From Lama guanicoe (Eukaryota), in NCBI GenBank assembly GCA_013239625.1, contig MU053934.1, positions 5,908,399-5,972,398 of the forward strand: DNA of 64,000 nt, in the 5' to 3' direction. The notes under the pieces were generated by a model. The model was not told the DNA's origin. It worked only from the letters and a program-made list of their open reading frames with translations, and made no database searches. Positions within the stretch are counted from its first letter, which is position 1. The number at the start of each line of letters is the position of its first letter. The translations under genes were made by a program, and so were the position numbers. Shown here piece by piece: positions 36,174 through 49,600 of this stretch.

Positions 36174-38025
36174 CAAAACCTCGGGGACACAGCAAAAGCA
36201 GTTCTGAGAGGGAAGTTTATAGCAATACAAGCTTACACCTCAGGAAACAAAGAAAAATCTCAAATAAACAACCTAAATTTACATCTAAAGCAACTAGAGA
36301 AAGAAGAACAAACAAAACCCAAAGTTAGTAGAAGAAATCATAAAGATTAGAGCAGAAATAAATGAACGAGACTAAAAAAGCAACAGAAAAGATCAATGAA
36401 ACTAAAAGCTGGTTCTTAGAAAAGATAAACAAAACTGATAAATTTTAGTCAGACTCATCAAGAAAACAAGGGAGAGGGCCCACATTAATAAAATCAGAAA
36501 TGAAAAAGGAGAAGTCACAACTGACATCAGAAATACAAGGGATCATAAGAGGCTACTATGAGCAACTACATGCCAACAAAAAGGACAATGTAGAAGAAAT
36601 GGACAATTTCTTAGAAAGGTACAATTTGCCAAGACTGAACCAGGAAGAAAGAGACAGTATGAACAGACCAATTACCAATAATGAAATCGAATCAGTAATT
36701 TTAAAACTCCCAACAAACGAAAGTCCAGGACCAGGTGGCTTCACAGGCAAATTCTACCAAACATCTAGAGAAGAGTTAACACCTATCCTTCTAAAACTAT
36801 TCCAAAAAATTTCAGAGGAAGGAACACTTCCAAACTCATTCTATGAGGCCACCATCACCCCGATACCAAAATCAGACAAAGGTATCATTAAAAAAAAGAA
36901 AATAACAGGCCAGTATCACTTATAAATACAAAAATCCTCAACAAAATATGAGCAAATCGACTCCAACAATGCATTAGAAGGATCATACACCATGATCAAG
37001 TGGGATTTATCCCAGGGAGGCAGAGATTTTTCAATATCCACAAATCAATCAATGTGATACACCTCATTAACAAATTGAAGAATAAAAACCATATGATCAT
37101 CTCAAAAGATGCAGAAAAAGCTTTCGATAAAATTCAACATCTGTTTATGATAAAAACTCTCCAGAAAGTGGGCATAGAGAGACCAAACCTCAACATAACA
37201 AAGGCCATATATGACAAAACCACAGCTAACATCGTACTTAATGCGGAAAAGCTGAAAGCATATCAGGAATAAGACAAGGATGCCCACTCTCATCACTTTT
37301 ATTCAACATACTTTTGGAAGTCCTAGCCACAGCAATTAGAGAAGAAAAAGAAATAAAAGGAATCCAAATCAGAAATGAAAAAGTAAAACTGTCACTGTCT
37401 GCAGATGACATGATACTATACATAGAAAATCCAAAAGATGCTATCAGAAAACGACTAGAGCTCATCAATGAATTTGGAAAAGTTGCAGGATACCAAATTA
37501 ATATACAAAAATCAGTTGCATTTCTATACACTCACAGTGAAACAGCAGAAAGAGAAATATTGAAACAATCTCATTCATCATCACATCAAAAAGAATAAAA
37601 TACTTAGGCATAAACCTACCTAAGGAGGCAAAAGACCTGTACTACGAAAACTATAAGACATTGATGAAAGAAACTGAAGATGACATAGAGGAAAGATATA
37701 CTGTGTTCTTGGATTGGAATAATTAATATTGTTAAAATGGCCATACTACCCAAGGCAATATACAGATTCAATGCAATCCCTATCAAATTACCAATGACAT
37801 TTTTCACAGAACTGAAACAAAAATTCTTAAAATTTGCATGGAAACACAAAAGACCCAACAAGCCAAAACAAGCTTGAGAAAGAAGAATGGAGCTGGGGAA
37901 TCATGCTCCCTGATTTCAAACTGTACTACAAAGCTACCATAATCAAAACAGTATGGTACTGTCACAAAAACAGACACACAGATCAATGGAACAGGATAGA
38001 AAATCCAGAAATAAACCCACGCACC
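36174..38025 (+). mobile_element. Younger L1 internal ORF2 fragment (reverse transcriptase region), frameshifted
   Basis: ORF2 peptides YYEQLHANK...[48 protein letters not shown] (FADD motif altered to SADD), [18 protein letters not shown]. Confidence 0.93.
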
Positions 38026-38164
38026 CAGCATCACGACAGTATTGTACTGTATATTGCTAGCCCAGGGAAAGATCAAAATTCAAAATTCAAAGTGCAGTTT
38101 CTACTGAATGCGTATCACTTTTGCACCGCTGTAAAGTCAAAAATTGTAAGTTGGAGGCCATCTG
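38024..38164 (-). mobile_element. MER47/Tigger5-like DNA transposon terminal fragment
   Basis: gctagcccagggaaagatcaaaattcaaaattcaaagtgcagtttctactgaatgcgtatcacttttgcacc...ccatctg|TA matches the recalled MER47 end. Confidence 0.7.
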
Positions 38165-38166
38165 TA

Positions 38167-38810
38167 TGAGAAAACTAAAAACCAATAGCCGTCATCAACA
38201 TAAATGTAAAAACTCCTAAGCATAATGTTAGCAAATGAAGTCTAGCAATATATAAAAAGGATACTATATCATGATCAAGTGGGGTTTACCCCAAGAACTC
38301 AAGGTTGGCTTAGTATTACAAACAGTGAAATTCACCATGTTAACAGAATAAGGGAGATAAACTATATAATCATCTCAATAGACACACATATTCATAATAA
38401 AAAAATCCTCAGTAAACTCGGAACAGAAGTGAACCTCATAGCCTAAAACAGCATCTATAAAAAAAAATATAGCTAACACCATATAATGAAAAAGCAAACA
38501 CTCTCTCCCTAAGCTCAGGAATGAGGCAGGAATCTCCATTCTTACCAATTCTTTTCAACATTATACTGGATGTTCTAGCCAGCAATATAAAGCAAGAAAA
38601 AGAAATCAAAGAAAAAATGGTTGGTAAGAAGGAGATAAAACTCTTTCTATTCTCAGTGTCATGATTGGATAAATAAAAAACCCTAAGGAATCTACAAAAA
38701 AGCCACTTAAACTAATAAGTGAATTTCACAAGGTAGCAGGATATAAAAAGTTTACAAAGATCACTTGCACTTTTATATACCAGACACTAACAGAAAATGA
38801 AATTTATAAT
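38167..38810 (+). mobile_element. Old L1M ORF2 fragment
   Basis: catgatcaagtggggtttacccc, ttcaacattatactggatgttctagcc, ctaataagtgaatttcacaaggtagcaggatataa. Confidence 0.8.
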
Positions 38811-41800
38811 TTCTAGTCATGAGTCTTTCATCACATAATGTGGTTTGCAAATATTTTCTGCCAGTTGATAGCTTGTATTTTCATCCTCTTAACAGGGTTT
38901 GTTTTTTTTTAACAGAGCAAACGTTTTAAATTTGATAAAGTAAAACATACCAGTTTTTTTCCTTTATGGATCATGCTTTTGGTGTTATGTCTAAGAACTC
39001 TTCAACCAAACCCCAGGTCCTGAATATCACCTAAAAGTTTTAAAGTTTCATGTTTTACATTTGAATCTCTGATCCTTTTTGAGTTTTTTAAAACATTTTT
39101 TATTGAGTTATAGTCATTTTACAATGTTATGTCAAATTCCAGTGTAGAGCACAATTTTTCAGTTATACATGAACATATATATATTCATTGTCACATTTTT
39201 TTTTGCTGTGTTGAATTCATTTTTGTTCAGAGGTTTAGCTTGAGGATTTTTGTGGGGTTTTTTGTTTTGTTTTGTTTTGTTTTTTGCCTATGGATATCCA
39301 GTTGCTCCAGCCCCTTATTAGAAAAACTATCCTTCCTCCATTGAACTACTTGTGGACCTTTGTTAAAAATCAGTTGGTCATACTTCTGTGGAGCTACTTC
39401 TGGGTTCTCTGTTCTGTTTTATTGGTCTATATGTCTGTCCATCTGCAAATACCAACACAATCTTGTTTAACGTAGCTGTAAGTCTAAAATCAGGTAGAGT
39501 GATTCTTCCAACTTTATTATTATTTTTCAGAAATTTTTTAGATATTCTAGCTCCTTTGCCTTTCCATATACATTTTAGAATAAACTTGTCTATATTTATC
39601 TTAAATATCTTGTGGAATTTTTATAGGAATTACATTAAACCTTTATATCAATTGGGAGAGAATTGATATATTTACTATTATATCTTCCAGCCCATGAACA
39701 CAGAATGTCTATTTATCTAGATCTCCTTTGATTTCTTTCACCACTGTTGTGTAGTTTTCAGCATACAGGTCCTGTATGTGTTTTGTTACATTTACCTCTA
39801 AGTATTTCTTTTTATTTTTTTATTGATTGTTACTGACATTATACTTTTAATTTCCTTTTTTAAGATTTTTTAAAATTTCAGTCTCACTGATAGTATATAG
39901 AAATACAAATGACTTTATAATGTTCATCTTGTATCCTATAACCTTATTGAACTCACTCAGTTCTAGTAAGTTTTTGTAGCTGCTGATTCCATGGAATTTT
40001 CTACATAGACCACCACGTTATCCACAAAAAGAAATGTTTTATTTCTTCCTTTCTGATCCATATCCCTTTTATTTCCTTTACTTGCCTTACTGTGCTGGCA
40101 AGAATTGCCAATACAATGTTGCCTAGCAGTGGTGAGAGTGGACACTGTTGCCTTCTTTCTACTCCTAAAGGAAAAATATCCAGTATTTCACCATTAACTA
40201 CACTAGTTGTAGGTTTTCTGTAGATGTTTTTATGAAGTTGAAGTCCCTTCTACTTCTGGTTTCCTGAGTTTTTACCATAAATGGGTGTTGAATTTTGTCA
40301 AATGCTTTTTATCTATCAATTGATATGATCATATGATTTTTCTTTTTTCACCTATTAATGTCCTAGGTTACACTGATTTATTTTCAAATACTGAACCAGC
40401 CTTTCATCTTTGGAGTAAATGTCATTTGGTCATGGTGTATAAGTCTCCTTAAATATTGCTGAATTCTATTTGATAGTATTTTGATAAGGATTCCTGAATC
40501 TATATTCATGAGAGATATTGGTCTGTAGTTTCCTTTTTTCCTTTTTTTTTTGTTGAACTGTCTTTGATTTCGGTATCAAGGTAATACTGGCTTCATAGAA
40601 TGAGCTGGGGAATGTCTCTCCTCTTCTATTTTCTGAGGTTGTGTAGAATTAACGGTAATTCCTTAAACATTTGTTAAAACTTTCCAATGAAGCTATCTGG
40701 GCCTGGAGATTTATTAGGAGTTTTAAAATTATGAATTCAAATTCTTTAATAGTTATGGGGCTATTCAAATTACTTATTAATATTTTATGAGATAAAGGAA
40801 ATTTGTACTTTGTGAGGAATTGGTTCATTTCACCTACGTTGTCAAATCTGTGTGTACTGAGCTGTCTGTAGTATTCTATTACTATCACTTCAGTGTCTGC
40901 CTATCTCATTCCTGATTTTAGTAGTGAGGTCTGTCAATTTTGTTGATCTTTTCAAAGAACCAGCTTTTTGTTTCAATAATTTTTCCTATTCTTTTTCTGC
41001 TTTCAATTTCATTGATTTCCGTTCTTATTTTTATTATTTCTTTGGGTTTGTTGTTTATCTTTTTCTAATTTTTTGAGGTGGAAGCATAGGGTTTTTGTTT
41101 TTGTTTTTGTTTTTAATGGAGGTACTGCGGACTGAACCCAGGACCTTGTGAATGCTAAGCATGCACTCTACCATTTGAGCTACACCCTCCCCCAGGAGCA
41201 TAGATTACTGATTTGAGACTTCTCCTCTTTTCCAATGTGAACAGTTAGTGCAATAAATTTCCCTCTCTATTCTACTTTAGCTGCACCCTACAAATTTTGA
41301 TGTGTTGTATTTCATTTATATTCAGTTAAAAATTTTTTCTTTAATTTCCCTTGGGACTTCATCTTTGGCCCATGGATTATTTATAAGTGTGTTATTTAAT
41401 TTCCAAATGTTTGGAGATTTCCTTAGTATCTTTCTATTGCTGATTTCCAGTTTGATTCCACTGATTCCAGTAGTCAGAAAGCATACTCCATATGATCTCA
41501 ATAATTTCAAATTTGTTGAGACTTGCTTAATGGCTCTAGATATAATCTATTATGGTATATGTTCCATGGGCACTTGAAAAAGAATGTGTATTCTGTGTTG
41601 TTGGACAGATTGTCCGTCAGATCCTGTTGGTTGATGGTGTTACTGAGTTCTACATCTCTGCTGATTTTATGTCTAGTTGTTTGTCAGTTGGTGTTGAGGT
41701 CTCCAAGTATAATTGTGGAGATGTCTACTTCTACTTTCAGGTCTATCAGTTTTGCTTCACATATTTTGCAGCTCTGTCGTATGGTGCACATACATTTAGG

Positions 41801-42490
41801 ATTCAATGTCTTCTTGGTATATTGACCCTTTTATCATTATACAATATCCCTCTCTGTCCCTGACAATTTCCTTTGTTCTAAAGTCTACTTTATCTACTAT
41901 CAATATAGCTACTCCTGCTTTCTTTTTATTAATGCTTGCATGTATATCTTTCCTATTATATTTACTTTCAATCTACAATTATTATTTAATATCATTATGT
42001 TATATTTGAAGTGAATTTCTTATAAACAGCATATAATTGGGTCATGTTTTTAAATCCTTCTGCCAGTCTCTGTTTTTTAATTGGTACATTTGGATGATTT
42101 CCATTTAATGTAATTATTGGTATATTAAGCCCTAAATCTGTCATTTTGGTTTTTTTTTAGTTGAGCTATAGTCACTTACAATGTGTCAGTTTCTGGTGTA
42201 CAGCATAATATCCCAGTCATACGTATATATATATACATATATTTGTTTTCATATTCTTTTTCATTAAAGGTTATTACAAGATATTGAATATATTTCCTTG
42301 TGCTATACAGAAATTTATCTATTTTTGTCATTTTGTTTTTGGTTTTCTATTTGTGTCTCTGCTTTTCATTTGTTTTCTTTTTCCTGCCTTACTGTGAGTT
42401 ACCTGAACACTTTCATTTTGATTTATCTATAGTGTCTCTTAGTGCACTCATTTGTATAGCTTTTAGAGTTTACTCTAGCTATTACAATTT
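38811..42490 (-). mobile_element. Long antisense old L1M with nested insertions (L1 3' ends at ~39095-39210 and ~42150-42315; SINE at ~41090-41193)
   Basis: Reverse-strand ORF2 remnants, e.g. ORF 41322-41510 GIKLEISNRK...IWKLNNTLINNPWAKDE and ORF 40649-40888. Confidence 0.85.
41090..41193 (-). mobile_element. tRNA-derived SINE (Vic-1-like) inserted in L1
   Basis: atggaggtactgcggactgaacccaggacc...gagctacaccctcccc; TSD-like gaagcatag / ggagcatag. Confidence 0.85.
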
Positions 42491-42504
42491 ATACATATAC
42501 AATA

Positions 42505-42995
42505 TATTACATATACTTACCCTAAACAGTTGTCCACACAAACAACTGCATATACATGCTCCCAGCAGCTTTATTCATAACTGCCTCAAACTGGAATCAA
42601 CCTAAATGTCTGTCACCAGGTGAATGGACACCCAACCAATGGAATACTGCTCAGCAAGAGAAAGAATCTAAGCCACACAACAACAGGGCTGAATCTCAAA
42701 AAAAGTTGATGCTGAGGGAAAAAAGCCAGATATAAAAGTATATACTGTATTTCATTTATGTGGAATTCTAGAAAAGGTAAAGCTAATCTATTAGTAGCAA
42801 AAATCAGAATGGTGGTTGCCTAGGGCCAAAGAGTGGAGTGGGGGCTGACTGCAAAGGTAACTATCAGGGAAATCTTTGGGACGGTGGAAATGTTTGAGTT
42901 TTTGTTTGTGGTGGGTACCTATTGAACTGAATGCTTAAAATAGATGCATTTTATTATCTATGCATCATATTGTAATAAAGTTGATTTTTAAAAAT
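42505..42995 (+). mobile_element. Old L1M 3'UTR end
   Basis: agcagctttattcataactgc...aatgtctgtcaccaggtgaatgga...aataaagttgatttttaaaaa. Confidence 0.75.
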
Positions 42996-42999
42996 TTAA

Positions 43000-43685
43000 T
43001 TGACCTTCTTTCTTACTTTTCTGGATTTTTCTTCAAGATGTGATTCTGCTGCCCACTCCTTCCTTCTAAAACATACTCTTTCTTTAACTTCCCTAAACCA
43101 TCTCTCTTGATTTTCCTCCTCTTTCTCCAACCACCCTCCTTAAACACTTTCCAGACAGGTTTCACAATTTTGGCCAATTTCTTGAGTATTGGTGCTTCTC
43201 AGATTTCTGCAGTTCTCTCAACACACTCTCCTGGTTGACCTCCTTCACTTCCAGAGTCTTACCTAATAACCTCTGTCTTGGACCCAGATCTGTCCCCGAA
43301 GCCTCAGGTCCATGCTTTTCCCAAAGACAAGGGAAACAGCTCCACCTCAGATATACTATAGGTACCTCCAACTCCACATGCCTGTACTGGGCTCATCACC
43401 CACTCCCTAAACAAGTCTTAAGGCCCCTTTAATGACCACAGACCTCCAGTTGCTCCAGTAAGAAACCAGGAAGTCTTCCTAGATTCCTCCCACCTATTTG
43501 TTCCCCATCCACTGTTAAGTCTCGTGTATTCTATCTCCTGAGTCACTGATGAATTTGTCCCCTCTGTCCATCCCCACGGGCCCGGAAAGGCCCTCAGAAA
43601 TTCTCTTTCCTAGTCTTCTGCTGTAACTTCCAAACTAGTCTCCCAATCTCCAGCCTTTCTCCCTCCAGCACACATTCCTAAGCAC
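43000..43685 (+). mobile_element. L2 fragment
   Basis: Pyrimidine-rich L2-like sequence (cacctcagatatactataggtacctccaactccacatg; agaaaccaggaagtcttcctagattcctcc). Confidence 0.55.
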
Positions 43686-46600
43686 AGTGTGGGGTCTGGA
43701 CAAAGAACAGACACATAGGTCAAAGAAATCGAAGAGAGAGTCCAGGAAAAGGCCCACAAAAATACAGTCAATTGATTTTTCATGAAGGGTAATTCAGTAG
43801 AGAAAGTATAGTCTTTTCAGCAAATTGTACTGAAACATCTGGACACCCATATGCAAAAAACAACCACCACCACTTCAACCTATACCTCATATCAACTACA
43901 AAATTTAACTCAAAATGGATGGCAGACTTAAATGTAAAACATAAAACTATAAGACAGAGGAAAACATAGGAGAAAATCTTCATGACTTTGGATTAGGCAA
44001 AGAATTCTTAGATACAACTCTATAAGGAGGACTTAAAAATGAAAAATTGGACTTTATCAAGATTTAAAACTTGTTTTGCAAAAAGAATGAAATAAGCCAT
44101 AGACTTGGAGAAAATATCTGTAAATCACATATATAACAAAAACTGGTATTCACAAAGCCAAACACACACAGCACAAGCTAAAATAAGTGAGACTACATCA
44201 AACTAAAAAGCTTCTTCTGCACAGCAAAGGAAACCATCAACAAAATGAAAAAGCAACCTACCAAATGGAGAAAATATTTGCAAATCATATATCTAATAAA
44301 GGATTAATGTCCAAAATATATAAAGAACTCATACAACTCAATAGCAAAACCAAAAAACAATCTGATTAAAAAAGGGGCAGAAGACCTAAACAGACATTTT
44401 TCCAAAGACATACCAATGGTCAACAGGTACATGAAAATGTGCTCAGCGCCATTAACCGTCAGGGAAGTGCCAATCAAAACCACAGTGAGATACCATCTCA
44501 CACCTACTAGAACGGCTATCATCAAAAGACCATAAATAACAAACATCGGCGAGAATGTGGAGAAAAGGGAACGCTCATGCACCACTGATGAGAATATAAA
44601 TTTGGTACAGCCAGTATGGAAAACAGTATAGAAGTTCCTCAAAAAACTAAAACTAGAGCTACCATATGATCTAGCAAGTCTACTTCTCAGTGGTTATCTG
44701 AAAGAATAAACCCTAACTCAAAAAGATATCTGCACCCCCATGTTCATTGCAGCATTATTTACAACAGTCAAGACACATTAACAACCAGTGTCCATTCATG
44801 GATGGATGAATGAATAAAGAATATGTGTTTTTTACATACAACTCAGTATTATTTAGCCATAAAAAAAAGACAATCCTGCCACTTGTGACAATATGGATGG
44901 ACCCTGAGAGCTTTATCCCAAGTGAAATAAGTCAGACAAAGTTAATTACATTATGATCTCACTTATAGATGGAATCTAAAACAAATAAGCAAAACACTCA
45001 TAAATATAGATAACAGATTGGTGGTTGCCAGAGGTGGGGGTATGGGAGATGGGTGAATGGGTGAAAGCGGTGAAAAGGTTCAAACTTCCAGTTATAAAAT
45101 AAATAAGTCACGGGGGTTATAATGTATAGTATGGTGACAACAGTTAATAATACTGTACTGTATATTTGAAAGTTGCTAACAGAACAGATCTTAAAAGTTC
45201 TCATCACAAGAAAAAATGTGTAACTGTGTGTGGTGATGCATGTTAACCAGACTTACTGTGGTGATTTTTTCACAATATATACATTATATGGAAGCATTAT
45301 GTTACGTACCTGAAACTAATATAATGTTATATGTCAATTACACTGCAATAAAAATAAACCCTGATTCCAGAATATAGAAAGGACTTCTACCTCAAAACTG
45401 TATAAAACAGAGGACAGTATGGAGGTTCCTTAAAAAATTAAAAATAGACTTACCATATGATCCAACAATCTCATCCTGGGCATATACCCAGAGAAAACTA
45501 TAATTTGAAAAGACACATGTACCCCAATGTTCATAGCAGCACTATTTACAATAGCCAAGACATGGAAGCAACCTAGATGTCCATCCACAGATGAATGGAT
45601 GAAGAAGATGTGGGGTGTGTGTATGTGTGTGTATGTATACAATGGACTATCACTCAGCCATAAAAAATAATGAAATAATGTCATTCGCAGAAACATGAAT
45701 GGACCTAAAGATTATCAAATTGAGTGAAGTAAGTCAGACAGAGAAAGACAAATATCATATGATATCTCTTATATGTGGAACCTAAAAAAAATTATACAAA
45801 TTCTACCTACAAACCAAAAATAGATTCATGGACACAGAAAAAAAACTGCACTTACCAAAGGGGAAAGGAGGGGAGGGATAAGTTAGATAAATTAGGGATT
45901 GGGGATTAACAGACACATGTTACTATATATAAAACAGATAACAAGGACCTACAATACAGCATAGGAAACTATATTCAATTTCTTGTAATAATATATAATG
46001 GAAAAAGATCCTAAAAGAATATATATGTATGTATGTATACATATAACTGAATCACTTTGCTGTACACCTGAAAATAACATTGTTAATCAACTACACTTCA
46101 ATTAAAAAAAAAAACCTGAACAAAACAAAGCAAACAATGCAATTGTTCAAAATGCGTAAAAGATCTGGAAACCTCACCAAAAAAGACAAATGGCAAATAA
46201 GCATAAGAAGAGACTCAACATCACCAGACACTAGGAAACGCAAATTAAAACCACAATGAGATAATCACTACACACCCATGAGAATGGAGGGGAAAAACTG
46301 ACAATACTGAGTGCTGGTGAGAATGTGTAACGATTGGAACCTTCATACACTAAGAATGCAAAATGTACAACCACTATGAAAAAGTTTGGCAAGTTTCTTA
46401 TAAACTAAACATACACTTACTTTATGACTCAGCAATCCTGCTTCTCGATATTTACCCCGGAGAGATGAAAACTTACATTCACACAAAAACCTATGCAAGA
46501 ATGTTTGCTGCAGCATTATTCATAATCACCAAAAACTAGAAACTGGAATTAGTGTACTTTTTTCTCTATCAAATACGTTTAAGTGTGGCAAAATACGCAT

Positions 46601-49600
46601 GACATAAAATTAAACATCTTAACGACTTCCACGTGAACAGTTCAGTAGATACATTCACACTGTTGCGCAACCAACGTCCAGAACACGTTTCATCTAGCAA
46701 ATCTAAAACTTTTAGCTTTGGGGGAACTGCCATACCGTTTTCGACAATGGCTGCACCACTTCACATGCCCAGTAGCAGTGCAAAAGTGTTCAAATTTCTC
46801 GATATCCTCACCAACACGTGTTTTCTGCTGTCGTTCTGATTTGCACTTCGCTAATGATGAGTGGTGTTGAGCACCCTTTCACGTGCTTGTTGGCCATTTG
46901 TAGATCTTCTTTGGAGAAATACCTATTTAAGTCCTTGGCCCATTTTTTAAATCAGGTTATTGGGGGTTTGAGGTTGATTTGTACGAGTTCTTTACATATT
47001 TCGAATATTAACCCCTTATCAGATACATGATTTGAAACTATTTTCTCCCATTCTGCAGGTTGCCTTTTCACTCTGTTGACTGTGTCCTTTGACGAACAGA
47101 AATCTTTAATTTTGATGTAACCCAGATTATAGATGTCTACTTTCGTTGCCTGTGCTTTTGGTCCAAGAAATCATTGCCAAGTCCAATGGCATGAAGTTTT
47201 TCTCTGATGTTTTCTCCTAAGAGTTTTATAGTCTTAATTCTTAGGTCTTTCAAATTAGATCACTTGGGAATTTATAGTTAGATCTTTGAGGTCTCTTAGG
47301 TCTTTGCTTCACTCTGAGTTAAATTTTGTACATGATGTAAAGGTAAGGGTCCAACTTCATGTTTTTGTATATAGTTAACCAATTTTCCCAGCACTATTTG
47401 TTGAAAAGACTCCTTCCCCCACAAAATGGTCTCAGCATCCTTGTTGCAAGTCATTTGATCATACATGCAAGGGTTTATTTCTGGACTCTATTCTGTTGGG
47501 GAGTTAGTGTCTAATGGGTACAGAGTTTTAGTTTGGGAAGGTGAAAAAGCTCTGGCGATAGATGGAAACAATAGCTGTATAACAATGTGAATGTACTTAA
47601 TGGCACAGAACTCTATACTTTAAAATGGTAAATTTTATGTTATATGTTTTTTACCACAATTTAAAAAAAATTTTAATGAAATAAAGACATTCTCAGAGAA
47701 GCAAAAGCAGGGATAATTTGTAACCAGCAGACACTTGTTATTCTAAGAAATGAGAAAGGAAATTCTTCAGACTGGAAGGAGAAATGAAAATTCAGATCTA
47801 TGGAAAGGAAAGAATCACACTAAAAATGGCAAATATGTGGGTAAATATAAAATACTATTGTTCTTTTTTTTCTTAAATTTTTAAAAAAGTCAATTGACTT
47901 TTTAAACTAAAAGTAACAGTGTATTGTGAAATTTATATCATTTATAGAAGTAAAATAAATGACAACAGTACAAAGGACAATAGAGGTATAGATACAATGA
48001 TATTGTTGTAAAGATTTTCATTAAATATGAACCAGTTGTGATAAATTAAGGACAGATATGTAATCCCTAAAGTAACCACATGAAAAACGACCAAAGAACT
48101 GGCTAAAAGTCACCAGAAGAAAAAGAATGAATTACTTTAAAATGTTCAATTAACCGAAACAATACAGGAAAGGCAAAATAAAGGAACAAAAAGCAGAGAG
48201 GGACAAAGAGAAAACAAATATCTAGATGGCAGACTAAAATACAATCAGTAATTACATTACAGGGAAGTGGAATAAACATCCAATAAAATTGATAAATCTC
48301 TGATTAATTAGAGAGAGAAAATAAATCACCAACATCAGGAATAAAAGAGAGGACATCCCTACAAAACCTACAGAATAATAAGATAAAATTTTGAATAACT
48401 TTATGCCAATATATTTAACAACTTAAATGAAATGGACAAGCTTCTTGAAAATGCAATTTACTAAAATATAAGAAAATATAAAAATATATAAACAGTCCAT
48501 CATCTATAATACAGAAACTGAATTCATAATTAACAAACTTCCCACTAGAAAACTCCAGGCCCAGATGGCTTCACTGGTGAATTACACCAAACATTTAAGA
48601 TATAACACCAGTCTTACACAAATTCCTCAAAAAGAGAGAAGGGAATACTTCTCAGCTTGTTTTATGTGACCAGCATAATTCTGATATCAAAACCTAACAC
48701 TATGTAAGAAGAAAACTGCAGATAATACCATTCATGAACACAGACAAAAAATTAGTAAATTAAAAAATATTATTAGTGAGTTTTAGTTGAATCAGCAATG
48801 TATAAAAATGATAATCATATCCATGTGGAATTTATACCAGTTATTTAAAGTTTGTTCAACTTTGCAAACTTAGGGTAGGCAAAAATTTCTTAGAACACAA
48901 AAAGCATTGATCATAAAAGAAAAACTGAATAAACTAGACTTCAATCAAAATAAAAATTTTATGCCCATCAAAAAAAAAAGGTTAAGTCTTAGATTGGGAG
49001 AAAATATTCACAATACATGCATATGACAAGGGACTTACATTCATATTACATTTTAAAAATTCATATAACTCAATAATAAAAAAAGACAACCCAATTTATA
49101 AAAATGGGCAAAAGACTTGGACACTTTACAAATGAAGGTATACAAATGGTCAAAAAACACATTAAAAGATACTCAACACCATTAGTAATTCTGAAAATGC
49201 AAATTAAAACCACTACGCGATTCCTCTACCTGCCCAGTAGAATGGCCAACAGTAAAAGGACTGACAAGACCAAGTATTGTCAAGGACATGGAGCAGCAGG
49301 AACTCTCACCCCGAGCTGGGGGAACTGGAAATGCTGTAATCACTTCGGCAGTTTCCTACTTTCCACACCACTCAGCACACCCACTTCCAGATATTCACCC
49401 AAGAGAAAGAGAAACCTCTGTCCATACAAAGCCCTTCATGTGAACGTGGATAGCTTTATCACAATAGCCAAATTGTGGAAACAGCCCAACAAATGGTGAC
49501 TGTATAACCAGTCTGTGATCCACGCATACGGTGCGTCATTACTCAGCAATCAAAAGGAACAAAGCACTGATACACATGACATGGCTGAATCGCAAAAGCG

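Noticed and set aside
36500..38169. ORFs with reverse-transcriptase motifs as a novel RT gene or retron-like system
   Set aside because: They are frameshifted pieces of L1 ORF2 in a mammalian genome, with FADD degenerated to SADD
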